A program made the position numbers and the translations under genes. A stretch of DNA of 24,000 nt, taken from Eggerthellaceae bacterium (GTDB taxonomy: Bacteria; Actinomycetota; Coriobacteriia; Coriobacteriales; Eggerthellaceae). How positions within the stretch are numbered: position 1 is the stretch's first letter; each line of letters starts with the position of its first letter. The DNA lies in assembly GCA_050945155.1 (NCBI GenBank), contig JBMNSK010000018.1, positions 1-24,000 on the forward strand. Direction: 5' to 3'. Of this stretch, positions 1 to 8,587 are shown in pieces. The notes under the pieces were generated by a model. It saw nothing but the letters and a program-made list of their open reading frames with translations. It did no database searches and was not told the origin of the DNA.

Positions 1-2
1 CT

Positions 3-308
3 CTTGCGGGTATGTTCGAGCCACTGTATGTAAAAAATGATTTCTTTGGGGGAAATGTTGATGTTACCGGCCTTTTAGTGGGTGCAGATATTGCTGCGGC
101 CATACGAGAAGATGTTGGAAAATCCGGTAAGCAGGATGCCCGCTATCTGTACTGTATACCGTCGATTGTCTTTAATGATGACGAGGTAACGCTTGACGGC
201 ATGGGTATCACGGATATCGAAGAAGCAGTGGGAATTCAAATTCAGGTGGTATCCTGTAAGCCGCGAGAATACCTGACAGAAATTGCCGATAGAGTTTCGG
301 CTTTTTAA
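3..308 (+). CDS. C-terminal fragment of a DUF512-type (radical-SAM associated) protein; 5' end lies outside the window
   Basis: The reading frame is open from nt 3 with no stop before 306-308. The segment FFGGNVDVTGLLVGADI ... IPSIVFNDDEVTLDGMGITDIEE resembles the DUF512 C-terminal domain. That protein family is commonly encoded directly upstream of der. Confidence 0.55.
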   Translation, partial: LAGMFEPLYVKNDFFGGNVDVTGLLVGADIAAAIREDVGKSGKQDARYLYCIPSIVFNDDEVTLDGMGITDIEEAVGIQIQVVSCKPREYLTEIADRVSAF

Positions 309-343
309 TAGAACGAGTATCCGTGCGAGTATAAGGAATCATT

Positions 344-1663
344 ATGCCGCTGCCGCTTATAGCTGTCGTTGGCCGCCCTAATGTAGGTAAGTCAACTTTT
401 GTGAATCGAATAGCTCAGGCTGACGATGCCATCGTGCACGAAATGCGTGGTGTAACGCGTGACCGTTCGTACCACGATGCCGACTGGAATGGGCTTCATT
501 TCAGGCTTGTTGACACTGGCGGAATTGAAATGAGCAACGAAGATGATTTTCAAGCATCGATTCGTGCTCAGGCGCTTTTAGCGACGCGAGAAGCAGACGC
601 CATCATCTTTCTCGTTGATGGTAGGGTAGGAGTCAATGCTGATGATGAGGAATTGGCACGACTGCTGCGTCGGAGCAAAAAACCTGTCTTTCTTGCGGTA
701 AATAAATTGGACACGCCGGGTCGCGAAGATGAGATTTGGGAATTTTATCGTCTCGGATTGTCGGATCCTTGGCCAATTTCATCTCTGCATGGACATGGTA
801 CGGGCGATCTTTTAGATGCTGTTGTCGAAACGCTTAAGAAGCAAGGGGCAGATTTCACCCCAGAAGAAGATGAAGACAGCATCAATGTCGCTATTATCGG
901 ACGACCGAATGCGGGGAAGTCTTCACTGGCAAATCAACTCATATCGCGTGATAGGTCGATAGTTTCTAACCAGGCTGGAACTACGCGTGATGCGATTGAT
1001 ACGCGTATTGAGCGCGATGGTCAGGTGTATACCATAGTTGATACAGCCGGTTTACGCAGAAAGAGCCAGATTGACGAGGATGTTGAATACTATGGGTTTG
1101 TTCGCGCCATGCGCGCGGTCGACCGAGCAGACATTGCTCTTTTGGTAATCGATTCAACCATCGGACTTACTGATCAGGACCAGCGTATTGCTGGGTATGC
1201 AGCAGATCGGCGCTGCGGCATGGTCGTGATACTTAACAAGTGGGACCTTGTTGAGGGGCCCGAGGCAAAGAAAGAAATTCGTGACCGCATTGCAGACCGG
1301 CTTACCTTTGTCGGCTACGCTCCGGTGCTTGCTATTTCGGCGCTGACGGGAAAGAATGTGGACCGCATCTGGGACTATATTACGCAGGCGTACGAGAACT
1401 ACTCGCAAAAGATTCCAACAAGCCGCCTAAATATCTGGCTGCAAGATATTCGCGACTTTGGCTATACCGTAACCAAGGGCAAAGCCGTTTTGAGGATGAA
1501 ATACCTTACGCAGACGGCGGTACAACCGCCCCAGTTTACCTTCTTTGTGAATCGTCCAGATTTGGTCGATGATAACTTTGAACGCTATTTGGAAAACAGG
1601 TTGCGCCGAGCTTTTAATTTAAGTGGTACTCCTATCGGATTAAAGTTTAAGAAGAAGGATTAG
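344..1663 (+). CDS. der: Ribosome-biogenesis GTPase Der (EngA), tandem GTPase domains plus KH-like C-terminus
   Basis: 439 aa. Two P-loops are present, GRPNVGKST and GRPNAGKSS. Each is followed by DTGG/DTAG and NKLD/NKWD motifs. The C-terminal PPQFTFFVN is typical of Der. Confidence 0.95.
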   Translation: MPLPLIAVVGRPNVGKSTFVNRIAQADDAIVHEMRGVTRDRSYHDADWNGLHFRLVDTGGIEMSNEDDFQASIRAQALLATREADAIIFLVDGRVGVNADDEELARLLRRSKKPVFLAVNKLDTPGREDEIWEFYRLGLSDPWPISSLHGHGTGDLLDAVVETLKKQGADFTPEEDEDSINVAIIGRPNAGKSSLANQLISRDRSIVSNQAGTTRDAIDTRIERDGQVYTIVDTAGLRRKSQIDEDVEYYGFVRAMRAVDRADIALLVIDSTIGLTDQDQRIAGYAADRRCGMVVILNKWDLVEGPEAKKEIRDRIADRLTFVGYAPVLAISALTGKNVDRIWDYITQAYENYSQKIPTSRLNIWLQDIRDFGYTVTKGKAVLRMKYLTQTAVQPPQFTFFVNRPDLVDDNFERYLENRLRRAFNLSGTPIGLKFKKKD

Positions 1664-1665
1664 TT

Positions 1666-2307
1666 ATGTCACTTCCCCTGATACTGCTTATCGTTTTTCT
1701 TATATCGTTTTTCCTCGGTTCAATTCCTTGGGGTGTTGTCATTTCGCGTGTTTTTTACCATACCGACGTACGCGAACATGGAAGTGGAAACATCGGTACA
1801 ACGAATGCCATTCGAACCATGGGCAAAGTTGGCGGGTATTCGGTCTTTATTCTTGATTTTGCAAAGGGCGTCATTTCGGGATTAATTGCTGCGCTTTTCT
1901 GCAGTCTTTATCCTGACCAGTTTATGGGCATTTTCACCCGAGATTCCCTTCTTTGTTTTGCGTTTCTCGGATGTATCTGGGGTCATATTTTTAGCCCCTG
2001 GCTTAAGTTCAAAGGGGGAAAGGGAATCGCGGTGGCCATCGGCTGCATGTGCGTGAGTTTTGGTTGGGTAGGTGCCATCATTGAGATTGGCATCTTTGCA
2101 CTCGCTGTTGTTATTTCAAAATATGTTTCACTTGGGTCAATACTTGCCGCTATTGCCTGTCCTTTTATTTCACTCGTGCTTTTTTGGGGCGAACCCTTTG
2201 CCATTTTGTTTGCAACACTTGCAGCCGTTACCGTGCTTTGGGCACATCGCGGCAATATCAAACGCCTGCGTGAGGGTACGGAACGAAAAATTGGTCACCA
2301 AGAATAA
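1666..2307 (+). CDS. plsY: Glycerol-3-phosphate acyltransferase PlsY (acyl-phosphate dependent)
   Basis: 213 aa polytopic membrane protein with the GSGNIGTTNA and FKGGKG motifs. The ATG lies 2 nt after the der stop. Confidence 0.93.
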   Translation: MSLPLILLIVFLISFFLGSIPWGVVISRVFYHTDVREHGSGNIGTTNAIRTMGKVGGYSVFILDFAKGVISGLIAALFCSLYPDQFMGIFTRDSLLCFAFLGCIWGHIFSPWLKFKGGKGIAVAIGCMCVSFGWVGAIIEIGIFALAVVISKYVSLGSILAAIACPFISLVLFWGEPFAILFATLAAVTVLWAHRGNIKRLREGTERKIGHQE

Positions 2308-2388
2308 GGTGACGTTAGGCTTCATCTTCACATAAAGTTCCTCGTTCTCGGCTATGATGTGACCAGTAGAATTTCGAGGAGGAATCAT

Positions 2389-3402
2389 ATGAAAATCGCA
2401 GTAATCGGAGCTGGCTCTTGGGGTACAGCTATATCGAATCTCCTAGCTACCAATGGACATAACGTAAGTCTTTGGGCACGCAGGCCTGAAGTGGTTCATT
2501 CCATTAATGAAGACCATCGCAATCCCCGCTACTTAAGCGAAGTAGAACTTCACCGAGATGTTGTTGCTACCTTTTCGTATGCGGATGCTTTGCAGGGTGC
2601 CGTTGCAGCAGTTATCGTGACACCTTCAAAGCTGGTACGTGGTGCTGCCCGTGCAATCTCCGATATTATCGACGACGATTTTCCTGTGATTATCTGCTCA
2701 AAGGGTATTGAATCTGGGAGTGGCCTCGTGCCGGTTGAAGTTTTTGAAAGCGAAGTGGGCAATAAAGATCGCCTTGCAGCGCTTTCAGGACCCAACCATG
2801 CAGAAGAGGTTATTCGCGGTATTCCTTCTGGCACGGTTATTGCTAGCTCCTCTCAAAAAACTGCAGATTTCTTCCAAGACTTATTTGCTAATCCAAACTT
2901 TAGGACCTATACGAGTAATGACGTTTTAGGTGTTGAACTCTGCGCTGCGTTTAAGAATGTCATTGCTATTTCGGTTGGCATTTCTTACGGGCTCGGTTAC
3001 GGCGATAATACGGCTGCCATGCTTATGACACGTGGTATGGCTGAAATGGGCAGATTAGTTGCTAAGGTTGGGGGAGACACTCTGACCTGCATGGGGCTTG
3101 CGGGTGCAGGGGATTTAATTGTTACCTGCACATCTGAACACTCACGTAACCGTCGTTTAGGTATCCAGGTTGCTAAGGGTGGAACCTTACAAGAGTTTAC
3201 CGACCAAACGCATATGGTTGCTGAAGGCGCTCTTGCAAGCCAAACCATTGCAGATCTCTCACATCGCTATGATGTTGAGTTGCCCATTACCGAAGTGGTT
3301 CGATCCATTCTCTGGGACGGACTTGATGTCGGAGAAGCTGAGCGTGAGCTTATTGAGCGCCCCCTCAATATTGAATTTCGCGATATGAGTCCTGAAAACT
3401 AA
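2389..3402 (+). CDS. gpsA: NAD(P)H-dependent glycerol-3-phosphate dehydrogenase GpsA
   Basis: The ORF track starts at 2359. ATG 2389 is preceded by GAGGAGG (2376-2382) and gives the canonical N-terminus MKIAVIGAGSWGTA (GxGxxG). NPRYL and GPNHAEEV motifs are present. Confidence 0.93.
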   Translation: MKIAVIGAGSWGTAISNLLATNGHNVSLWARRPEVVHSINEDHRNPRYLSEVELHRDVVATFSYADALQGAVAAVIVTPSKLVRGAARAISDIIDDDFPVIICSKGIESGSGLVPVEVFESEVGNKDRLAALSGPNHAEEVIRGIPSGTVIASSSQKTADFFQDLFANPNFRTYTSNDVLGVELCAAFKNVIAISVGISYGLGYGDNTAAMLMTRGMAEMGRLVAKVGGDTLTCMGLAGAGDLIVTCTSEHSRNRRLGIQVAKGGTLQEFTDQTHMVAEGALASQTIADLSHRYDVELPITEVVRSILWDGLDVGEAERELIERPLNIEFRDMSPEN

Positions 3403-3421
3403 GCGGGTACCAAAAATCAGT

Positions 3422-3480
3422 CGCTTCACTTGGTGGCACGCGGTGACTGCGGCGCAGCTGCAGTGGAAAGCGCTTGTTTT
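3422..3480 (+). terminator. Candidate GC-rich hairpin plus T-tract in the convergent gpsA / Ogt-like gap
   Basis: CGCTTCAC ... GTGGAAAGCG forms an imperfect outer stem around an inner GCAGCTGC palindrome, followed by CTTGTTTT. The stem is imperfect (2-nt bulge), so confidence is low. Confidence 0.3.
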
Positions 3481-3502
3481 CAAGCTATACAATACATGGC
3501 AT

Positions 3503-3994
3503 TTACACCGGTCGAATGCCAGATGCAGCGTTGCGCAGTTCTGCGGCAAGTAGCCCACGCCGAATGCTTGCTTTTCTGCCATTACCCAAAGGGCTTCCTT
3601 GAGCGCCTACAACACGGTGGTCAGGAATGATAATGGCAATAGGGTTTTTCGTTACTGCAGTGCCGACATTGCGATACGACCCTGGTTTTCCCATAGCTTC
3701 GGCAATTTCTGCACTGGTTGCCGTCGTTCCGTAAGGAATGCGCATAATCTCATTCCAAACTTCTTTTTGAAAGGTGCTCCCTTTTAAATCAAGTGCAAGA
3801 TTAAACTCATGACGCTTTCCCGCAAAGTATTCCTGAAGCTGAGTCGCTGCTTCGTTTGTAATGCGAGTCGACTCCTCAACGCCATCCATTTTTACCGCAT
3901 CGAAGACCAGGTCGGTGATACCTCGCCTACTTGCGCGTATCGTGACTTTGCCATGAGGCATGACATAGGAATAATAGGATAGCTTCTCGTTCAT
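3503..3994 (-). CDS. Methylated-DNA-protein-cysteine methyltransferase (Ogt/MGMT) family homolog lacking the acceptor cysteine (PDHRV instead of PCHRV); probably non-catalytic
   Basis: 163 aa with full-length Ogt-like architecture: LDLKGSTFQKEVWNEIMRIPYG, VGTAVTKNPIAIIIPDHRVV, and LLAAE. The Asp codon GAC is the reverse complement of 3620-3622. The translated protein contains no Cys. Confidence 0.8.
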   Translation of the reverse strand: MNEKLSYYSYVMPHGKVTIRASRRGITDLVFDAVKMDGVEESTRITNEAATQLQEYFAGKRHEFNLALDLKGSTFQKEVWNEIMRIPYGTTATSAEIAEAMGKPGSYRNVGTAVTKNPIAIIIPDHRVVGAQGSPLGNGRKASIRRGLLAAELRNAASGIRPV

Positions 3995-4138
3995 GGTCGG
4001 TCCGTTTCTGCGACTTCTCAGAAGCCGCGCTCATCGCTACTTTGAGTATAGTTCTTTTATCTTCGGACTTCTTCGAGAATGAAATCTTCCATGCGTTACA
4101 ATGAACGAGGAAATGGCCTGCGATAACCAAGGATTCAG

Positions 4139-4861
4139 ATGTATACAAACGTAAAAATTGCTCCTTCAATTTTGTCAGCAAATTTCATGAATCTCGAGTC
4201 AGATATTCGCCTGATTGAAGATGCGGGTGCGGGTTATATTCATGTGGACGTGATGGATGGGCACTTTGTTCCGAATCTCACTATTGGGGTGCCGATAGTA
4301 AAGCAACTCAAAAAAATTGCGCGTCTTCCGCTTGATGTTCACCTCATGATTACGAATCCGCTCGAAGAACTGCCTTGGTTTATTAATGCAGGAGCAGATT
4401 GCATAACTGTGCATGCAGAAGTACTCGACAGTGCCGGCATGAAAGAGGCAATCTCAATCATGAAAGACGCTGGTGTTAAAGCGGCAGTTGCTTTGAAGCC
4501 TCATACTCCTGTCGAAACCATTCGTGAGGTCTTGCGCGATCTTGATATGGTTTTGATTATGAGCGTTGAACCAGGGTTTTCGGGTCAGTCCTATATCGAA
4601 GGTTCAGAAGAAAAGGTTGCCGCTGTTGTGCGCATCTCACAAGAACTTGGGGTATCTCCTCTTATCGAAGTTGACGGCGGCATTGGTGTTGAAACCGTTG
4701 CGCGCGTTACGGCAGCAGTCGCCGATGTTTTGGTCTGTGGCAATGCGGTCTATGGCGCAGACAATCCAGCAGCTGCCTTGAAAAAAATTGCTGAGATAGG
4801 CGATAAGGCACGTCTTAACCACCTCGATGAGCTAAGAAAGAGCGGGCTAAGCGTTGGATAA
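4139..4861 (+). CDS. rpe: Ribulose-phosphate 3-epimerase
   Basis: 240 aa with KIAPSILSANF, HVDVMDGHFVPN, MSVEPGFSGQ and VDGG motifs. AAGGA lies upstream of the ATG. Confidence 0.93.
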   Translation: MYTNVKIAPSILSANFMNLESDIRLIEDAGAGYIHVDVMDGHFVPNLTIGVPIVKQLKKIARLPLDVHLMITNPLEELPWFINAGADCITVHAEVLDSAGMKEAISIMKDAGVKAAVALKPHTPVETIREVLRDLDMVLIMSVEPGFSGQSYIEGSEEKVAAVVRISQELGVSPLIEVDGGIGVETVARVTAAVADVLVCGNAVYGADNPAAALKKIAEIGDKARLNHLDELRKSGLSVG

Positions 4862-6062
4862 GGCAAGGCAAGACTACGTGTACCTTGATTGGGCTGCTAC
4901 CGCGCCTCTTTGCGAAGAGGCAGCGGCTGCAATGAAACCCTATATGGCTCCAGGACTCGATAACCTTCGCGCTGGCGGGAATGCGAATTCACTCTATGGT
5001 ATTGGCCGTGATGCTTTCGATGCTTTTGAAGCGGCAAGACGCAGCATTGCGTCAGACCTTGGTGCACAAAGGCCAAGTGAAATTATTTTTACATCCGGCG
5101 CAACCGAATCAGACAATATGGCGCTTTTCGGAATTAGTATTGCGGAAGCCCAAAGACGGCGCCGTCAAGCTGGCAATAAAGACAAAGTATTTCAAGTTAT
5201 TACCACTGCTGTTGAACACGATGCGGTGCTCAATCCTGCGAAACGCCTCGAGGCGCAAGGCTTTCGTGTGCGGTATCTTAAGCCCTCAAAAGAAGGTTTT
5301 ATTATCCCCGATGCCCTCAATGAAGTTCTTGATGAAGATACGGTTTTGGTTTCTGTTCAGATGGCCAATAGCGAAGTGGGCAGCATTATGCCCATACAGG
5401 AACTTGCAGACTGCGCTCACAAAAAGGGAGCATACTTTCATACGGATGCGGTCCAGGCACTTGGAAAGGTACCGATAAATTTAGGTCAACTTGGTGTTGA
5501 TGCAGCATCGTTTTCAGCTCATAAAATTGGGGGACCGAAGGGCGTCGGCGCTTTATACCTCAAGGCTCGCACACCTTTTGAAGCCTTCCTCTTAGGAGGC
5601 GGGCAAGAAGAGGGAAGACGGTCCGGAACGCAGAACGTATGCGGTGCAGTCGGCTTTGCTGCGGCCTGCAAAGCAAGCTGCGGTCTGCAGGAAAGCGAGC
5701 AAAAGCGCCTATCTCATCTGCGCGATAAAATGTATGAAACAGTTCGTGATGACAAGCGAGTAAAAGCGACCGTTTCGATTAAAGCCAACGATTCACGCTA
5801 TCTTCCTAATATTGTTCATCTTATGATTCCGGGTATCGAGAGCGAAACTCTCATTCTTCGTTTAGACAAAGAGGGATTTTGCGTTTCAGGTGGCTCTGCC
5901 TGTGCTTCCCATTCGCTTGAGCCAAGTCATGTACTTCGCGCCATGAATATTTCCGACGACGATGCGTTCTGTGCATTGCGTATTTCTATGGGTCGTTATA
6001 CTACAGAAGAGGACATTAATAATTTTCTCGTTGCGCTAGGGGGCCTTTTGAAGAATCGATGA
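4854..6062 (+). CDS. Cysteine desulfurase, class V aminotransferase (NifS/IscS-like)
   Basis: 402 aa. It has the PLP-lysine motif SAHKIGGPKGVGALY, the catalytic loop SGGSACAS, and an N-terminal YLDWAATAP. The proposed TTG start overlaps the rpe end by 8 nt. The exact start is uncertain; a GTG lies a few codons downstream. Confidence 0.88.
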   Translation: MDKARQDYVYLDWAATAPLCEEAAAAMKPYMAPGLDNLRAGGNANSLYGIGRDAFDAFEAARRSIASDLGAQRPSEIIFTSGATESDNMALFGISIAEAQRRRRQAGNKDKVFQVITTAVEHDAVLNPAKRLEAQGFRVRYLKPSKEGFIIPDALNEVLDEDTVLVSVQMANSEVGSIMPIQELADCAHKKGAYFHTDAVQALGKVPINLGQLGVDAASFSAHKIGGPKGVGALYLKARTPFEAFLLGGGQEEGRRSGTQNVCGAVGFAAACKASCGLQESEQKRLSHLRDKMYETVRDDKRVKATVSIKANDSRYLPNIVHLMIPGIESETLILRLDKEGFCVSGGSACASHSLEPSHVLRAMNISDDDAFCALRISMGRYTTEEDINNFLVALGGLLKNR

Positions 6063-6883
6063 GTACCGAACTTGTAACAACGCATACCCACACCTATTTT
6101 TGTGGGCACGCTAAAGGTTCTGTCGAAGAGATGGTGCAGGCTGCACGTGCAGCTGGGGTGACAACGCTTGCTCTTACTGAGCACTATCCTTTAAGTCCCG
6201 TTTTTGATTACCGTGACTTCATCTGTATGCACAAGGAGAAAGTACCTGCATATTTCCAGGAAATCGATGAGGCGCGCGAGAAATATCACGACATTGAAAT
6301 TATTCGCGGCACGGAATTTGATTGGCTCGGCGATTATGATGACCGCAATCTGACGCAGAAAGACCTCGACCCGTTTGACATTGTTCTTGGGTCAGTTCAC
6401 TTTGTTGATGGCTGGTGTATGGAAGACGTCGAGAAAGTTTCTAGGTGGGAAAGCCAAGATCAGACAGACCTACTTTGGCGGCGCTACTTCAAAGCCTGGT
6501 GTGAAGCAGTATCAACGAACAAGTTTCAGTTCACGATTATGTCTCACCCGGATGTTGTTAAAAAATTCGGCTATTACCCATCGTTTGACCCGTTGCCTTT
6601 GTATGAAGATGCGGTGACCGCCGCTGCAGAATCGGGCCGTTTGATTGAACTGAATACCTCGGGTGCGTATAAACCCTGTAAAGAAATGTATCCCGGACTT
6701 ACCTTGCTGTCGCTTTTCTGCAAAGCCGGGGTGCCTTGTACCATCGGTACTGATGCCCACAAGCCCGCCCATATTGCGCGTGGGATCCGTGAGGGATATA
6801 AGCTCTTGTATGAGGCTGGTTACCGGGAGATTACAGTTCCGACAAGAACAAGAGACCGCAGGGTTATACCGCTAGAAATCTAG
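6059..6883 (+). CDS. PHP-domain phosphoesterase, histidinol-phosphatase (HisJ) family
   Basis: 274 aa with an N-terminal HTHTYFCGHA metal motif, LTEHYP, GSVHFVD, and GTDAHKP near the C-terminus. The ATGA overlap with the upstream stop suggests translational coupling. Confidence 0.75.
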   Translation: MSTELVTTHTHTYFCGHAKGSVEEMVQAARAAGVTTLALTEHYPLSPVFDYRDFICMHKEKVPAYFQEIDEAREKYHDIEIIRGTEFDWLGDYDDRNLTQKDLDPFDIVLGSVHFVDGWCMEDVEKVSRWESQDQTDLLWRRYFKAWCEAVSTNKFQFTIMSHPDVVKKFGYYPSFDPLPLYEDAVTAAAESGRLIELNTSGAYKPCKEMYPGLTLLSLFCKAGVPCTIGTDAHKPAHIARGIREGYKLLYEAGYREITVPTRTRDRRVIPLEI

Positions 6884-6918
6884 TACCTTTATTTTGAGAT
6901 GGGGCAAAGGAGGATCTT

Positions 6919-7812
6919 ATGAAAGAAAATGAAAGCTCTCTGCAAGGTGACTTAGCAAGACGACCTTCCGGCCCGCTCTCATCTCACACGTCGATTTTTT
7001 CAATTGGAAATCTCGAGCATGCATTGCTTGAAGAGTTTCCTCGAGAAGACGCAGAACTTTGGGACTATATGGGGCTTTTGGTAGGAGACCCCTCTGAGGT
7101 GGTTCATAAAGTCGCAATAGCGCTTGACCCAACCATAGCCGCTATTCATGAAGCTCACGGAGCTCATGCGCAGGTGCTTATTACACATCACCCAGCATTC
7201 ATCAACCCGCCGTCTGTCTTTTCGCCGTATGAGACAAAATCCGGTCATGCCGGTGCTCTGGTTTGGGAAGCCATTAAAAACGATGTGGCGCTCATGAACT
7301 TTCATACCGCACTTGACGTGTCTGTGCCGGCGCAAAAAGTACTCCCGTCTCTTTTAAGCCTTGACTATGAAGGTGTCTTAGAGCCCCTGGCATATGACGA
7401 GAACAAAGGCTATGGGCAAATCTGCCACCCACGTTCTCAGGATGACCCACTGAGCCTTACCCACCTTGCAGCGCGGTGTACCTCGGTCTTTGGTCGTCCT
7501 CCGCGTGTCTGGGGGCGGATGTCCGATTCTCTCGAAACCATCGTATGCGCCAATGGTTCGGCATCAAACCTTATTAGCTCCTGCCTTGAGAAGCGTGTGG
7601 ATTGTTTAGTAGCTGGCGAAGTGAAATATCATGATGCTCTCGCGCTGTCAGAGGCAGGCATTGCTGTCATAGACCTGGGGCACGATACAAGCGAACTTCC
7701 CCTTGTGATGGTCATCAAAGCGGCGCTTATAGATATTGGGTTAGACGAAAAGCAAATCTTAACGATAGACCAGACCCATAACTGGATTCATCCTGATGCC
7801 ACCCGCGTTTAG
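6919..7812 (+). CDS. Nif3-like dinuclear metal centre protein (YbgI/YqfO family)
   Basis: 297 aa with WDYMGLLVGD, LITHHPAFI, NFHTALD and a C-terminal GHDTSE. A strong RBS, AAGGAGGA (6907-6914), precedes ATG 6919. About 25 aa of N-terminal extension relative to typical family members. Confidence 0.8.
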   Translation: MKENESSLQGDLARRPSGPLSSHTSIFSIGNLEHALLEEFPREDAELWDYMGLLVGDPSEVVHKVAIALDPTIAAIHEAHGAHAQVLITHHPAFINPPSVFSPYETKSGHAGALVWEAIKNDVALMNFHTALDVSVPAQKVLPSLLSLDYEGVLEPLAYDENKGYGQICHPRSQDDPLSLTHLAARCTSVFGRPPRVWGRMSDSLETIVCANGSASNLISSCLEKRVDCLVAGEVKYHDALALSEAGIAVIDLGHDTSELPLVMVIKAALIDIGLDEKQILTIDQTHNWIHPDATRV

Positions 7813-7856
7813 GTGGTAAGCTAGAACTACTTCGGCACCAAGAGAGGGACTGTTAT

Positions 7857-8576
7857 ATGAAAGCAACACCTGAAGAACTGAGTGCTTTGCAGGAAATGCA
7901 GAGTTTTGATCTTGAAATTATCAAACTTGCAAAAGAATTCGATGCCATTCCCGAACGCGATACCTTAAAGAAGCTCCAAGCAAAGCGTAGTGCCATCAAA
8001 GAAAAGGCGGACCAAATTGACGGTCTGCGCTTAAAAGTAGAAAGTCAGCTTTCTCGGTTTGATGTTGAGAACTTTCATCTTGAGGAAAAAGCAAAGCGCA
8101 TTCAGGAAACCATCGAAAGTGTGCAGGATGACTTTCGTGCCGTTCAGTCTCATACCAAGGATTTAGATGGGGTCATGAAGCGCAAAGAGTCAGTTGATTT
8201 TGAGCTTGAGTCCCTGCATGCCGAAATGGACAAAATCGAAAAGCTCCAAAACCAAGTTGCAGCTGGTCTTGAAAGTTTAGAGAAAGAGATTAGCTCCCAC
8301 CGTGCCAGCCTCAGCGAAAAAGAAGCAGACCTCAAAGCCAAATTAGAAGATGCGAAAGAGAAGCGTGCAGCCGAAGCAGCGAATATCTCCTCAGACTTGC
8401 TGAAGCGCTACGAAAAGATTGCGCGCGGTGCTGGGGGAGTTGCAATTGGCGAGCTTGAAGGCGACCGCTGTGGTGTCTGCAGAAGCGCCATCGAGAGTGG
8501 TCGATTGATTGAACTTAAGTCTCAAGCACCACTTGGCATTTGCCCTGCGTGCAAACGTTTGCTTATCATCAAGTGA
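7857..8576 (+). CDS. DUF164-type coiled-coil protein with C-terminal C4 zinc ribbon
   Basis: 239 aa. It is a long heptad-rich coiled coil ending in CGVCRSAI ... CPACKRLL. This family typically sits immediately downstream of Nif3 genes. Confidence 0.75.
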   Translation: MKATPEELSALQEMQSFDLEIIKLAKEFDAIPERDTLKKLQAKRSAIKEKADQIDGLRLKVESQLSRFDVENFHLEEKAKRIQETIESVQDDFRAVQSHTKDLDGVMKRKESVDFELESLHAEMDKIEKLQNQVAAGLESLEKEISSHRASLSEKEADLKAKLEDAKEKRAAEAANISSDLLKRYEKIARGAGGVAIGELEGDRCGVCRSAIESGRLIELKSQAPLGICPACKRLLIIK

Positions 8577-8587
8577 TAGGAGAGGTC

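Noticed and set aside
3259-3630. ORFs of 107 aa (-) and 66 aa (+) span the gpsA / Ogt-like convergent junction.
   Set aside because: They overlap the well-supported gpsA and Ogt-like coding frames, have no RBS, and have odd Cys/His-rich composition. They are most likely chance ORFs.
4981-5478. A 165-aa alternate-frame ORF lies inside the cysteine desulfurase gene.
   Set aside because: It is on the same strand in a different frame from a motif-verified gene, with no start context and a basic, low-complexity translation.
8540-8587. The ORF-track start of queD at 8540 overlaps the DUF164 gene by 37 nt. Analogous long upstream starts are given for gpsA (2359), asp23 (9560) and rsmD (13904).
   Set aside because: In each case a downstream ATG is preceded by a clear Shine-Dalgarno sequence and reproduces the canonical family N-terminus. 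The upstream extensions lack an RBS and run into the preceding gene or promoter region.
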